A stretch of DNA of 32,000 nucleotides from Candidatus Brocadia sp. (lineage in GTDB: Bacteria > Planctomycetota > Brocadiia > Brocadiales > Brocadiaceae), in contig CP091279.1 of the NCBI GenBank assembly GCA_021650915.1, positions 1,110,001-1,142,000 of the forward strand, given 5' to 3'. Positions within the stretch are counted from its first letter, which is position 1. Each line of letters opens with the position of its first letter. This document shows, piece after piece, positions 8,181-17,530 of this stretch. The translations under genes and the position numbers were made by a program. The notes beneath the pieces are model-generated. The model was not told the origin of the DNA and searched no databases. It worked only from the letters and a program-made list of their open reading frames with translations.

Positions 8181-8402
8181 CATAGCGCGGCACAGCCGCA
8201 ACCAAATTTCCTTTATGAAAGCGGGGAGATTGCTTCGGAAAAGGCCTCGCAATGACAGCGACCATGCACTTTGATGGCACACGGCACGTTGTCATTGCGA
8301 GTGAAGCGAAGCAATCTTTCCCTCATAAAAAACGGCACCTCCTGAAAGTGGTTTGTGAAAAAACTTACAAAAAAAAAGAAGTTTTCATACAGTAATACTA
8401 TA
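8181..8402 (+). repeat. ~220-bp repeat element, intact copy 1 (wzm-wzt spacer)
   Basis: Near-identical to 30843-31065. Features: a left hairpin GCGGC-aca-GCCGC; an internal 11-bp inverted repeat TCGCAATGACA...TGTCATTGCGA; no terminal inverted repeats; TA on both sides (8183-8184 and 8401-8402). It generates the spurious 97-aa minus-strand ORF at 8002-8295. Confidence 0.85.
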
Positions 8403-8536
8403 ACCCTGACAGGGTTGACTCGTTTTTCCGACTCGTTCGGGCTGGGATATCGTTTCGTTTATAAAGTGAGACTTCGTGATATCACATAGTCTTGAAAGAT
8501 TCATTTTCCATCAGAAAAGAGACGGGCGTAACGGTG

Positions 8537-8678
8537 AGCATTCCCGATTTCTTGTAAACCCACAATTTGAAGGGGTAGCACAGGTATCTTGCCTGCATCG
8601 CTGGAGGCAAGATGCCTGCACTACAGTATTCTTCCGCCGTTTTTTGCCTTCCGGATTTACAAAAAATCGGGAATGCTC
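8537..8678. repeat. ~140-bp palindromic (MITE/REP-like) unit immediately upstream of wzt
   Basis: The outer arms are inverted repeats: GAGCATTCCCGATTTCTTGTAAACC (8537-8561) versus GGATTTACAAAAAATCGGGAATGCTC (8653-8678), with a 15-nt perfect core. The central hairpin is ATCTTGCCT (8586-8594) / AGGCAAGAT (8605-8613). Confidence 0.55.
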
Positions 8679-8713
8679 CCGCGTAAAGTACCTTATCCGT
8701 TTCAGGAGTGCTC

Positions 8714-9964
8714 ATGACAGCAATTTTAACCGTCGAATCAGCTTCAAAACGATACCGTATACAGCGGCATCGTCCTACTTCCATCAAAGATTCCATAATC
8801 GGGCGCCTCAAAGGCCTTCACCGCAAAGATAATTTTTTTTGGGCATTGCGTGATGTCTCCTTTTCCGTGGAACATGGGCTGAAACTCGGCATCATTGGCC
8901 ATAACGGTGCGGGAAAAAGCACCCTCCTGCGATTGCTGTGCGGTTTGGGAAGACCTACCACGGGGCGTATTCACTGCAAGGGTCAGGTGAGTGGTTTGCT
9001 CGAACTGGGAAGTGGATTTCACCCCGACATGACCGGCCGTGAAAATCTTGTAACTGGAGGCATCCTGAGCGGCCTTACCAAACGCCAGGTACTGGCAAAA
9101 CAAGAAGAAATCATTGCCTTTGCTGAACTTGAAGAATGTATCGATCATACGGTCAGAACGTATTCGAGCGGTATGTACTTGCGGCTTGCCTTTGCCGCGG
9201 CAATCCATTTTGACCCCGATGTGCTAATCATTGATGAAGTGCTGGCCGTTGGCGATTCTCGTTTCCAAAAGAAGTGTCTCGAACGGTTAGCAGCCTTTCA
9301 AGCAAAAGGGAAAACCACTATCCTGACGTCGCACGATACCGAACAAATCCGCAATTTGTGTGATGAAGTTCTGGTCCTGGAAGAAGGACGAGCCGTAATG
9401 CTGGGAGATCCGGAGAAGGCACTTCAGTGTTACAACGATTTAATGCGTCAGCGGACGGAGAAGAGGGCTGCGCTGCTATCCGGCGGGGCAACCCAAACCA
9501 ACCTGGTGGTCGAGCATGGCAGCCGTATGGGTACCCTGGAAGCATCCGTCTGCGCTGTCCGCCTGTATGATACTCAGCGCAGGGCTACGAATACCATACA
9601 CAGCGGCGACAGCCTGATCATTGAGCTTGAATATCGCCTTACAAAACCATTGCCCGATGTCGCCCTTACCCTGGGTATTTATACCGAGGCCAATACAAAA
9701 TGTTTTGAATTCTGTGTAGCCTCAGCCGTCACAACCGTCGGATCGTTAACCAACGCGGGCAGATTACGCTGTCAGCTGCCAGAACTGCCTTTGCTCCCCG
9801 GCCTCTATTACCTTAATATCGGGCTTTATCCTCCTGATTGGAACTACGTATACGATTATCACTGGCAAATGCACCCCTTGCACGTGCTGAGTGCCAGCGA
9901 AGGATATTCCGGGATTTCCGGAGTAATCTCAGTGAAGCCTGTCTGGTCTGTTGTAAAAGAATGA
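8714..9964 (+). CDS. wzt: Polysaccharide ABC exporter ATPase with C-terminal glycan-binding-type extension (Wzt/TagH-like)
   Basis: Walker A GHNGAGKST, signature YSSGMYLRLAFA, Walker B VLIIDEVLAVGD, H-loop ILTSHD. A further ~170-aa beta-rich C-terminal extension (..GTLEASVCAVRLYDTQ..SLIIELEYRL..LTLGIYT..) sits where Wzt proteins carry their carbohydrate-binding domain. AGGAG at 8704-8708 precedes ATG 8714; the track uses GTG 8708. Confidence 0.85.
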   Translation: MTAILTVESASKRYRIQRHRPTSIKDSIIGRLKGLHRKDNFFWALRDVSFSVEHGLKLGIIGHNGAGKSTLLRLLCGLGRPTTGRIHCKGQVSGLLELGSGFHPDMTGRENLVTGGILSGLTKRQVLAKQEEIIAFAELEECIDHTVRTYSSGMYLRLAFAAAIHFDPDVLIIDEVLAVGDSRFQKKCLERLAAFQAKGKTTILTSHDTEQIRNLCDEVLVLEEGRAVMLGDPEKALQCYNDLMRQRTEKRAALLSGGATQTNLVVEHGSRMGTLEASVCAVRLYDTQRRATNTIHSGDSLIIELEYRLTKPLPDVALTLGIYTEANTKCFEFCVASAVTTVGSLTNAGRLRCQLPELPLLPGLYYLNIGLYPPDWNYVYDYHWQMHPLHVLSASEGYSGISGVISVKPVWSVVKE

Positions 9965-9965
9965 A

Positions 9966-12371
9966 ATGAAGAGAAAAGAGCCACGTCATATTCTTCTGGT
10001 GGAAGCCTATGAAGGTTGTATCGGGTATCTTTCTGACGATCCGGATGAAAGGAAATCCCTGCAAGGACTCGGTCTGCCGGTCGAAGAGATTGCAGAACGA
10101 CTTGATTGCCGGATTACTCTCCTGTGCTGGGACACCTGGTATCGCTATGAAGAAAAAGAAACCTCGCTGCCAACACCGGCGACACGACCAGTATTACAAC
10201 CCGATTTCGGCCAACCGTCCGCTGTCTATACCTCCGCAAGGGTGAGACGGGTTCCCATTCCCGCGCGAGACCCCGTTTACTGCCTTCCCTTTGATGTCAA
10301 GGGTTTCAGCCCCCGCTCGCATGGACTCATGAATGATAGCGGGTTGCTTTTTTTCGCCTCATACTGTTTAAGCAAGGAAATTCAGGCGCTTTACCGCACA
10401 GACCCCTTTCAGTCCATCATCGTTCCCCTGTGGGGTGGACTGGGATATGTTTCCCAGATGGCAAAGGCTAGCGTGGTTCCTCACGCAGTCAATGTGCCTT
10501 TCGTCGTTGTCGTTACGGATAAATCCGTTAACCGTCAGATGGCGAATCAGGAAGGAACCTGGACCCGTCATGCAGTTATCTTACGTCAGATGGAAGATGT
10601 CTCGCTTGCTTTGGCCGATATGACCCTGGTTTTCGGACCCAGAGGGAAGGAATTTGCCGTTGCGGGCAGGCTGCCAGAGTCACATCCTCCGGTTTGCGCA
10701 CCCCGCTGGATTGAAGATTCACTGCTCGACAAAATCGCCCGTGCATCAGAACAACCCGCGGATACTCACCGGCCGTTACAATTCTTTCTCTATGAGCCTC
10801 AACAGGCATCGTCAGGAGCGCTGACCGCCCTGGACGCCGTCAACCTCTTGGCAAGTAAAGGAACGCGTTTTGATCTGCCGGTAATCAGCGCCGGACCACC
10901 TATGGTCTTTGCCCCCATGAAACCGAGAGAGTTCACTGATTACTGGTCGTCTCGCGGATTCGCCCGCGAACTCGTCCGTGAACGTCAATGGGAATGGAAG
11001 AGAGAATATCCCCACCTTAACCAGGTTTTCCCCGTGCGTCTTTATCCAAGCTTTTTCGATTATCTTCCCAATGCTTGGGCTGAACTCGCCCGGGGTTCTC
11101 TGGTCCTTCTTTCACCAGCGGCCGCTGAGGGAATGGCGTTCGGAGAAAATATTCCCCGGGAAATCCTCATTCAGGGAGACCCGGCGCCAGAGAAAGTGGC
11201 AGATTGTTTGGAAAAAATCGCAGGCACCGACGTCAAAAAGCTCGACGAGATCAGACGGGAGTTGTGTTTACGGGTTGTCCGGTCACATCGCGGAGAGGAG
11301 CGGCAACGACTTATCAACGATACTTCCGTAGCCCTTGAACAACTTTTACAATCCCCTCCAAAACCACAAGACCTGTCGCGGATAGCCACCCTGTTTTTTG
11401 ATCGTCGTATACCACTTCGAACGCTCGCACAGACAGACAACCCCCCTCCCATGCCTGAACCGGGACCGGGCACAAAGAAAGGAACACTATCCGTCGTTGT
11501 TACGTGCTACGAAATGGGTTCTCTGATTCGTGAAACCATGGAAAGTGTCTGGACATCAGAGCGTCAGCCCGATGAAGTGCTGCTTATCGATGATGGCTCA
11601 TACGGAGACGAAACCCTCACGCATATTCAGGAACTCCAAAGGCATGCCGCTGAGAAAAATCTTCCCCTTCAGGTTATCCGGCAGAGGAACCAGGGGTTGG
11701 CTTCCGCCAGAAACACCGGACTCAGTGCAGCACACGGGGAATTCATTTCTTTTCTTGATGGCGACGATATCATCGAATCCCCGTTCTACCGGCTAGCGCT
11801 TCAGATTCTTGAAAGGTACCCTCGTTTGGGTGGGGTTGCTGCATGGGCCACCATCTTCGGCACGGAGATTCCCGATGGTTTCTGGAATGCCCCGCAGCCG
11901 GAATTCCCTTTTCTGTTCATTGAGAACAGCATAGTTGTTCCCTGCCTGACCCGTACCGAACTCTTGCGCAACCTCGGCGGTTACGATACCCGCCAACGGT
12001 ATAATTACGAAGATTGGGAGTTAGGCATACGCATGCTCTCTTCTGGTTGGTCGATTGTTACGATCCCTATGCATCTTCTCCGTTACCGGATCCGTACCCA
12101 GTCCCTCTACCGAAGCATGACTGAGGTGCAAAACCAAATTATGAGGGAACTTTTGTTGAGTACGCACCGGGAAACGGTTTCCAAATTTGCCGTTGAAATC
12201 GCTATGCAATTGGAAAATCTTTGGAAGACGTCCGTTTATTCCAATTCAGTTTCTTTACCCCCTGCCCAAAGCCAGAAGAGTGACACTTCTTTTCAGAAAA
12301 TGCTTGCGAAGGCATTGAAGAAATTTCTTTCACGGTTATTCTCCTACAGAGAGGATTCATCTCTTGTATGA
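9966..12371 (+). CDS. Two-domain glycosyltransferase: N-terminal GT4-like (GT-B) + C-terminal GT2
   Basis: The N-terminal half is homologous to the GT4 half of the next gene: PLWGGLGYVSQ vs PLGGIGTYVTH; LRQMEDVSLALADMTLV vs KRLEDYSIASADALLC; PSFFDYLPNAWAELARGS vs PSRWENFPNTCVEAMSSG, giving DX7E in place of EX7E. The C-terminal GT2 shows VVVTCYE..LLIDDGS..ARNTG..FLDGDDI..YEDWELGIR. Its ATG lies 1 nt after the wzt stop. Confidence 0.8.
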   Translation: MKRKEPRHILLVEAYEGCIGYLSDDPDERKSLQGLGLPVEEIAERLDCRITLLCWDTWYRYEEKETSLPTPATRPVLQPDFGQPSAVYTSARVRRVPIPARDPVYCLPFDVKGFSPRSHGLMNDSGLLFFASYCLSKEIQALYRTDPFQSIIVPLWGGLGYVSQMAKASVVPHAVNVPFVVVVTDKSVNRQMANQEGTWTRHAVILRQMEDVSLALADMTLVFGPRGKEFAVAGRLPESHPPVCAPRWIEDSLLDKIARASEQPADTHRPLQFFLYEPQQASSGALTALDAVNLLASKGTRFDLPVISAGPPMVFAPMKPREFTDYWSSRGFARELVRERQWEWKREYPHLNQVFPVRLYPSFFDYLPNAWAELARGSLVLLSPAAAEGMAFGENIPREILIQGDPAPEKVADCLEKIAGTDVKKLDEIRRELCLRVVRSHRGEERQRLINDTSVALEQLLQSPPKPQDLSRIATLFFDRRIPLRTLAQTDNPPPMPEPGPGTKKGTLSVVVTCYEMGSLIRETMESVWTSERQPDEVLLIDDGSYGDETLTHIQELQRHAAEKNLPLQVIRQRNQGLASARNTGLSAAHGEFISFLDGDDIIESPFYRLALQILERYPRLGGVAAWATIFGTEIPDGFWNAPQPEFPFLFIENSIVVPCLTRTELLRNLGGYDTRQRYNYEDWELGIRMLSSGWSIVTIPMHLLRYRIRTQSLYRSMTEVQNQIMRELLLSTHRETVSKFAVEIAMQLENLWKTSVYSNSVSLPPAQSQKSDTSFQKMLAKALKKFLSRLFSYREDSSLV

Positions 12372-14665
12372 AACACTTGATTATTTGCCCTGAATATCCA
12401 CCCGCACCAATACCACTGGGGGGAATCGGTACTTATGTAACTCATATTTCAAAGCTGCTTGCTGAAAGTGGAGAAACCGTACACGTAATTGGCCAACTTT
12501 GGAAAGGGGCAGAGAGAAGAATTGAAGAAAAGTGTCATGGAAGGTTGATTATTCATCGCGTCCGTCTCGACGGTGGGAAATCATTTTCGGGACGGAAATT
12601 GAGTTCTGCCAGGAAGGCCGGAGCAGAGGAAGGTCTTCTTGCATCGAGTTTCCCCCCTCAATATTTCTCCTGGCAGGCCAGTCTCCTCGCTGAAAGCCTT
12701 ATTGAGCAGGAAGGAATAGATTTAATCGAGGCGCAGGATTATGAGGCGCCATTGTATTACTTACAACTCCGACGCGCCCTGGGGTTAGGACCAAAAAGAC
12801 GCCCGCCCTGTATCATCCATTTACACTCTCCCACGGAAATTATTATCCGATACAATGATTGGGATATTGGACGTCCCTATTTAATGACAGCAAAACGGCT
12901 TGAGGATTATAGCATTGCGTCTGCCGATGCGCTGCTTTGCCCGAGTCGTTATCTGGCTCGCCAGGCAACAACTCATTATGGATTGAATGAGGGTTGTATT
13001 CAGGTTATTCCCCTGCCAATTGGCAACATCCCTATGCTCGAACGAGATAAAGACATATGGGAGCATGGAACGATTTGTTACGTGGGGCGGCTTGAACGAC
13101 GCAAGGGAGTAATTGAATGGATTGATGCCGCAGTTGATGCCGCACCTGCATATCCGTCAGCACGTTTCGAATTTATAGGGGCTAATATTCTCGGAACAGA
13201 TACTCTGCGCGGAGAAAAGGTTGTGGAGCGCCGCATTCCGGATGAACTGAAGTCGAGATTTCACTTTCGTGGGCAGCAAAATCATTCGACTCTCCTGCAA
13301 TTCCTGGCAGGCGCCCGCATAGCTGTTGTTCCATCACGCTGGGAAAACTTCCCCAATACCTGTGTGGAGGCCATGTCTTCAGGGCTTCCTGTCATTGCGT
13401 CGCGTGAGGGTGGAATGGTAGAGATGATCGAGGATGGACGAACAGGTTGGCTAGCCGACAAGGCGGGAAGTGTTGGACTTAGAGATGCCCTCAGGCGCGC
13501 ACTCGGCACACCATCGGGGCACCTTGCCAAGATGGGACGCGAAGCTTCGATGTCCATTCGTCAGATGTGCGATAACAAGAAGGTCTTGGAAAGTCACTTG
13601 AACTTTCGTCGTCTGATTGTTAATCAGGGAGCAAAACGCTCCTTGCATTTACCAGTAAATTTATCGTGGACAAAAAGGGCCGTTTTCGATGAATCGCCAC
13701 GCCGAACAACACAAAATAAATGCGAAAAAGGGATTGCAATCGTAGTTACTTGTTTCAATACGGGACAATTTCTCGACAGTAGTTTGCAGAGCATTAGACA
13801 ACAGACTCAACAGCCAGCGGCGGTGATTGTTGTGGATGACAAATCGACCGAAGGGCAAACTTTAAAAGCTCTGCGTAAGTCGCAGCAGGACGGATGGCAA
13901 ATCATTCAGAAAAAAAATGGGGATCTCGTACCAGCCAAGAATACTGGCATTGAAACAATTCTTCGTTCTGAACCAAATATCCTTGGTTTTGCGTTTCTCA
14001 ATGCAGGGGATCAATTGCAGCCTGGTTTTGTTGCGACCTGTGAATCGGTGTTGCAGCATTGTTCGGAAGTTGGACTTGTTTCCTGCTGGGCTCATTATTC
14101 CGGAATCAAAAATGACCTCTGGATCAGACCATGTCCCGGCTTTCCCTATCAATGGCTGACAAACGAGGCTGTTCCTTTCAGCATTGTACGGGCGGAGGCA
14201 CTCCGTGAGGCTGGCAATTTTCGTATAATCATGAGTCATGGATACGACAATTGGGATCTTTTCAATGCAGTAATGGCAGCCGGATGGATTGCGGTAACCA
14301 TACCTGCGATACTGGGAGATCATCGAGTTGTGGAAGATTCCGCGCTGCTTATGGCTCGTGTCCCCGCCTTTGGAAAAATGCGGAGAGAAATTCTTGAAAG
14401 ATTTCCTGATCTCATCGCTCGTGATGCGAAGGATATCGTTTTCCTCATAGAGTCCTCTATTACACAATCGCTGTGCGAAGAACTTTTTACACTCCGGAGG
14501 GAGCGCACAACGGCGAGAACGATGCTCAGCACCTCTCGACAATCAGTCGTGCGGATTTTGAAAAAGTTGAAAAAGAGAGTACTTCAGCGTACGCCAGTCT
14601 GGATGTCTAATTTTATTTCCCGTATAACAGCCCAATCCGAACGAGTTGGAAAAGAAATACGGTAG
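12368..14665 (+). CDS. Two-domain glycosyltransferase: N-terminal GT4 + C-terminal GT2-like domain
   Basis: GT4 motifs: GGIGTYV, and the EX7E motif ENFPNTCVEAMSSGLPVIAS. The C-terminal GT2-like domain has IAIVVTCFN..VIVVDDKST..AKNTG, but the DXD position reads FLNAGDQ. It overlaps the upstream gene by 4 nt (ATGA). Confidence 0.85.
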   Translation: MKHLIICPEYPPAPIPLGGIGTYVTHISKLLAESGETVHVIGQLWKGAERRIEEKCHGRLIIHRVRLDGGKSFSGRKLSSARKAGAEEGLLASSFPPQYFSWQASLLAESLIEQEGIDLIEAQDYEAPLYYLQLRRALGLGPKRRPPCIIHLHSPTEIIIRYNDWDIGRPYLMTAKRLEDYSIASADALLCPSRYLARQATTHYGLNEGCIQVIPLPIGNIPMLERDKDIWEHGTICYVGRLERRKGVIEWIDAAVDAAPAYPSARFEFIGANILGTDTLRGEKVVERRIPDELKSRFHFRGQQNHSTLLQFLAGARIAVVPSRWENFPNTCVEAMSSGLPVIASREGGMVEMIEDGRTGWLADKAGSVGLRDALRRALGTPSGHLAKMGREASMSIRQMCDNKKVLESHLNFRRLIVNQGAKRSLHLPVNLSWTKRAVFDESPRRTTQNKCEKGIAIVVTCFNTGQFLDSSLQSIRQQTQQPAAVIVVDDKSTEGQTLKALRKSQQDGWQIIQKKNGDLVPAKNTGIETILRSEPNILGFAFLNAGDQLQPGFVATCESVLQHCSEVGLVSCWAHYSGIKNDLWIRPCPGFPYQWLTNEAVPFSIVRAEALREAGNFRIIMSHGYDNWDLFNAVMAAGWIAVTIPAILGDHRVVEDSALLMARVPAFGKMRREILERFPDLIARDAKDIVFLIESSITQSLCEELFTLRRERTTARTMLSTSRQSVVRILKKLKKRVLQRTPVWMSNFISRITAQSERVGKEIR

Positions 14666-14690
14666 GGGCAGGTTTCAAACCTGCCCCTAC
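14662..14690. repeat. 29-nt perfect palindrome GTAGGGGCAGGTTTcAAACCTGCCCCTAC (REP-like hairpin) overlapping the stop codon of the upstream gene
   Basis: 14-nt arms around a single central C. It shares GTAGGGGC...GCCCCTACAC ends with the core hairpin of the MITE at 5797-5872. There is no U-tract directly after it, so it is not a canonical intrinsic terminator. Confidence 0.7.
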
Positions 14691-14767
14691 ACAGTGTGAA
14701 AAAAACATTTTTGCCGAAAATGTCAAAATATTTTTTATTAGACACTAACAGAGAAGACTTGACAGAG

Positions 14768-15709
14768 ATGAATATACTCATATCAGCTATCATATGCACG
14801 CATAATCGTGCTGGGTATTTGCAGAAGGCAATCCAAAGTTTGATGGATCAACGTACCCCCACAAATAAATATGAAATTGTCGTGGTAGACAATTGTTCAA
14901 CGGATTCCACAAAGAAAGTGGTTGACCAATTTTCAGCCAAGGGCAATGTAAGATACATTTTTGAACCCACTTTAGGCCTTTCGTATGCAAGAAATACCGG
15001 CTGGCGTAGTGCACGGGGCAAATATGTTGCTTACCTTGATGATGATGCCATTGCTTGTCCTGTTTGGCTAGACAAAATTTTAGAAGCGTTTGAAACGGTA
15101 ACGCCGCGACCTGGGTGTGTGGGAGGAAGAGTAACACCCATATGGGAGGCTTCCCGGCCTGAGTGGCTGTCGGATTGGCTTTTACACGGCCTTACTATTA
15201 TAGACTGGTCAGACATGCCCCATATCCTGACTAATCTTTCTGAAGAATGGCTCGTTGGCGCCAATATCGCCTTTCCGGTTGAAATTCTTGAGCGTGTTGG
15301 CGGATTCACGCCAAACCTTGACCGGGCAGGTAATAACCTTTTATCAAGTGGTGATGTATTCCTTGAAAATCAAATAAAAAACATGGGATATTCCTGTTTT
15401 TATCATCCGGACATTACTATCGGACATCACATATTTGAATCGCGTCTGAGTCAGTCATGGTTCATTCGGAGATATTATTGGCAGGGCGTTTCTGATGCGG
15501 TGATACACCTGCTTCAGGAAAGGCCTTCGATGCTAAAACGACTTCGTTTCGCTTACTCTCAGGCAAAAATCCTCTTACAATCTCCAGGAAAGTTAAAGAC
15601 CCTTATATTACCTACAAATAACCCTGAGCGGTTTACACAAAAATGTTTTACTCTTATAATATTGGGACATATTTACGGCGTGTTAAGGTTTGTGAGACCA
15701 TGGCAATAA
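14768..15709 (+). CDS. GT2 family glycosyltransferase
   Basis: ISAIICTHNRAGYL..VVVDNCSTD..ARNTG..YLDDDA. I prefer ATG 14768 over the track's GTG 14696. Confidence 0.8.
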   Translation: MNILISAIICTHNRAGYLQKAIQSLMDQRTPTNKYEIVVVDNCSTDSTKKVVDQFSAKGNVRYIFEPTLGLSYARNTGWRSARGKYVAYLDDDAIACPVWLDKILEAFETVTPRPGCVGGRVTPIWEASRPEWLSDWLLHGLTIIDWSDMPHILTNLSEEWLVGANIAFPVEILERVGGFTPNLDRAGNNLLSSGDVFLENQIKNMGYSCFYHPDITIGHHIFESRLSQSWFIRRYYWQGVSDAVIHLLQERPSMLKRLRFAYSQAKILLQSPGKLKTLILPTNNPERFTQKCFTLIILGHIYGVLRFVRPWQ

Positions 15710-16824
15710 ATATACATCTCATCCGAACCCAACGGCCCCACTGGGGAAAATATTCTGGTATAAATCAGTTTTTGAACTATGTCGATCAGGATAAATATCA
15801 TATAAATATTTATACTGCCTCAGATAACGACGAGGATTTTCCGGTGCGCAACAAAACGATACGCAGGTGGCTTCGGTGCGCTGTACAAAGAAAGGGTATG
15901 CAATATTATAAACTCAGCGACCTGACGGCTGAGATTCGTGCGCTCCGGAAATGCTTATACAAAAAGGCAGATATCGTTCACTACATGGATGGGGAACATT
16001 CAGCTCAGTATTTGCCATGGTTATGTAAACTACCCAGGAAGATGCGGCCTAAGATCGTGGCCACGTATCATCAACCTCCGGAACTCCTGAATTCACTTAC
16101 TAATAAAAAGGTCATTTCTAAGCTCGATCACGTTACGGTTGTATCTCCCGAACAGACATCCTATTTCCATGGGTTATTACCCCCTGATAAAATTACCGTG
16201 ATTTTACATGGTATAAATGTTGATTTCTTCCGGCCGGGAAGTACCCCAAAAACAGGAAAGGTGTTCAGGTGTATTACCGTTGGACACTGGTTAAGAGATT
16301 TCAAGACTATCCGGGAGGTCGCTGAGAAATTGGTGGAATATAAAGACATAGAATTTCATATAGTGACATCAAAACTCACCGGTCCCAGGCAAACTGGACT
16401 GGAAGGCTTAACAAACGTTATACTCTATAGAGATACCCTTGACGATGCAGGATTACTAGCGCAGTACCAGCAAGCGGACCTACTCTTTTTACCTTTGTTG
16501 CAGTCAACTGCAAACAACGCACTCCTTGAAGGGATTGCCTGTGGATTACCCGTTGTATCCACGTATTTGCCATCGGTAAAGGCATATCTGCCAGGTAAGG
16601 AAGCTATTTTAATAAAAGACAACGATCCAAAACAATTGGCAGATGCAATATTACATTTAGCGCATAATCCGTGGGACCAACGAAATATGGCGCAAGAGGC
16701 TCGCAAGAGGGCTGAAGAGCTGGATTGGCGTAATATCGCTCCACACTATGAAGCCGTTTATTCAAAACTAATAAGTAACTGCTGTCCAACACAGAGAAAT
16801 ACTGTTATAGGTAATGGGCAATAA
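15700..16824 (+). CDS. GT4 family glycosyltransferase
   Basis: The C-terminal half reads ..ADLLFLPLLQSTANNALLEGIACGLPVVST.. (an EX7E-type region), and the length is right for GT-B. ATG 15700 overlaps the upstream stop (15707-15709). Confidence 0.8.
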   Translation: MAINIHLIRTQRPHWGKYSGINQFLNYVDQDKYHINIYTASDNDEDFPVRNKTIRRWLRCAVQRKGMQYYKLSDLTAEIRALRKCLYKKADIVHYMDGEHSAQYLPWLCKLPRKMRPKIVATYHQPPELLNSLTNKKVISKLDHVTVVSPEQTSYFHGLLPPDKITVILHGINVDFFRPGSTPKTGKVFRCITVGHWLRDFKTIREVAEKLVEYKDIEFHIVTSKLTGPRQTGLEGLTNVILYRDTLDDAGLLAQYQQADLLFLPLLQSTANNALLEGIACGLPVVSTYLPSVKAYLPGKEAILIKDNDPKQLADAILHLAHNPWDQRNMAQEARKRAEELDWRNIAPHYEAVYSKLISNCCPTQRNTVIGNGQ

Positions 16825-17530
16825 ACAACATGCGAAGGAGCAGAAAATGCTAATGGAAAGGCTAATCACAGATAATCCACAATTCCATTCTTATAAAGGT
16901 ACTTTTACAAGTTGGGCCATTAACCCCAATACTTTGAACTTTCTCTATAGCATGCTGACTCCAGGCATGTCAACCCTCGAGACGGGTTGCGGACAAACCA
17001 CCGTTGTCTTTTCTATTGCTCGTACGAAACATATTTGTATCACACCGGATCAGGGAGAAGCTGAACGAGTAGACCAATATTGTACGAAATTAGGTCTTGA
17101 GAAAAATATAACTTTCGTAATTGATAGTTCAGATGCAGCCCTTCCACAGGATGGACTAATACCTTCGGAATTAGATCATGTTTTCATTGATGGTGCACAT
17201 CGCTTCCCTATAGCGATCATTGACTGGTATTACACCGTACGCAAGCTAAAGCTGGGCGGTATTGTAAGCGTGGATGATTTCAAAATACCATCAGTGAAAA
17301 TATTATACGATTTTTTGTGTACTGAAGAAGAATGGGAATTAATACGGGTTATGCACAATACGGCATTCTTCAAAAAATTGCGAGAACCAATGAATATAAA
17401 CGATTGGAGCGGACAGAAAATCAATTTATCATATCAAACCAGTGCGAGAGGTTTCGGAAAAAAAGGTTTTATCCGTAAGTTGATACTTCCTCAGTTCGAA
17501 CGAATATTAAAGGGTAAAAACCATGGATAA
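16814..17530 (+). CDS. Class I SAM-dependent methyltransferase (Methyltransf_24-like)
   Basis: Motif I LETGCGQTTVVF, and later HVFIDGAHRFPIAIIDW. An alternative start at ATG 16847 is preceded by AAGGAG (16836-16841). Its stop overlaps the radical-SAM ATG (ATGGATAA at 17523-17530). Confidence 0.75.
   Translation: MGNKQHAKEQKMLMERLITDNPQFHSYKGTFTSWAINPNTLNFLYSMLTPGMSTLETGCGQTTVVFSIARTKHICITPDQGEAERVDQYCTKLGLEKNITFVIDSSDAALPQDGLIPSELDHVFIDGAHRFPIAIIDWYYTVRKLKLGGIVSVDDFKIPSVKILYDFLCTEEEWELIRVMHNTAFFKKLREPMNINDWSGQKINLSYQTSARGFGKKGFIRKLILPQFERILKGKNHG

Noticed and set aside
8002-8295. 97-aa minus-strand ORF; likewise 30772-31032 (-), 30781-31458 (+), and the first 47 aa of the 531-aa ORF ending at 30986
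   Set aside because: All are read out of the ~220-bp repeat (ghost peptides such as ..VIASEAKQS.. / ..FASLAMTT..). The same text appears wherever the repeat is inserted.
8476-8832. ORFs 8476-8832 (+) and 8482-8811 (-) in the wzm-wzt spacer
   Set aside because: They span palindromic repeat units and run into the wzt start. No RBS, and the composition is repeat-derived.
13862-14542. 226-aa minus-strand ORF
   Set aside because: It lies antisense within the GT2-like domain of the 765-aa transferase, whose own motifs are clear.
14662-14690. Palindrome as a rho-independent terminator splitting the operon
   Set aside because: No U-tract directly follows the stem, and the next gene starts ~80 nt downstream on the same strand. 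I treat it as a REP-like hairpin instead.
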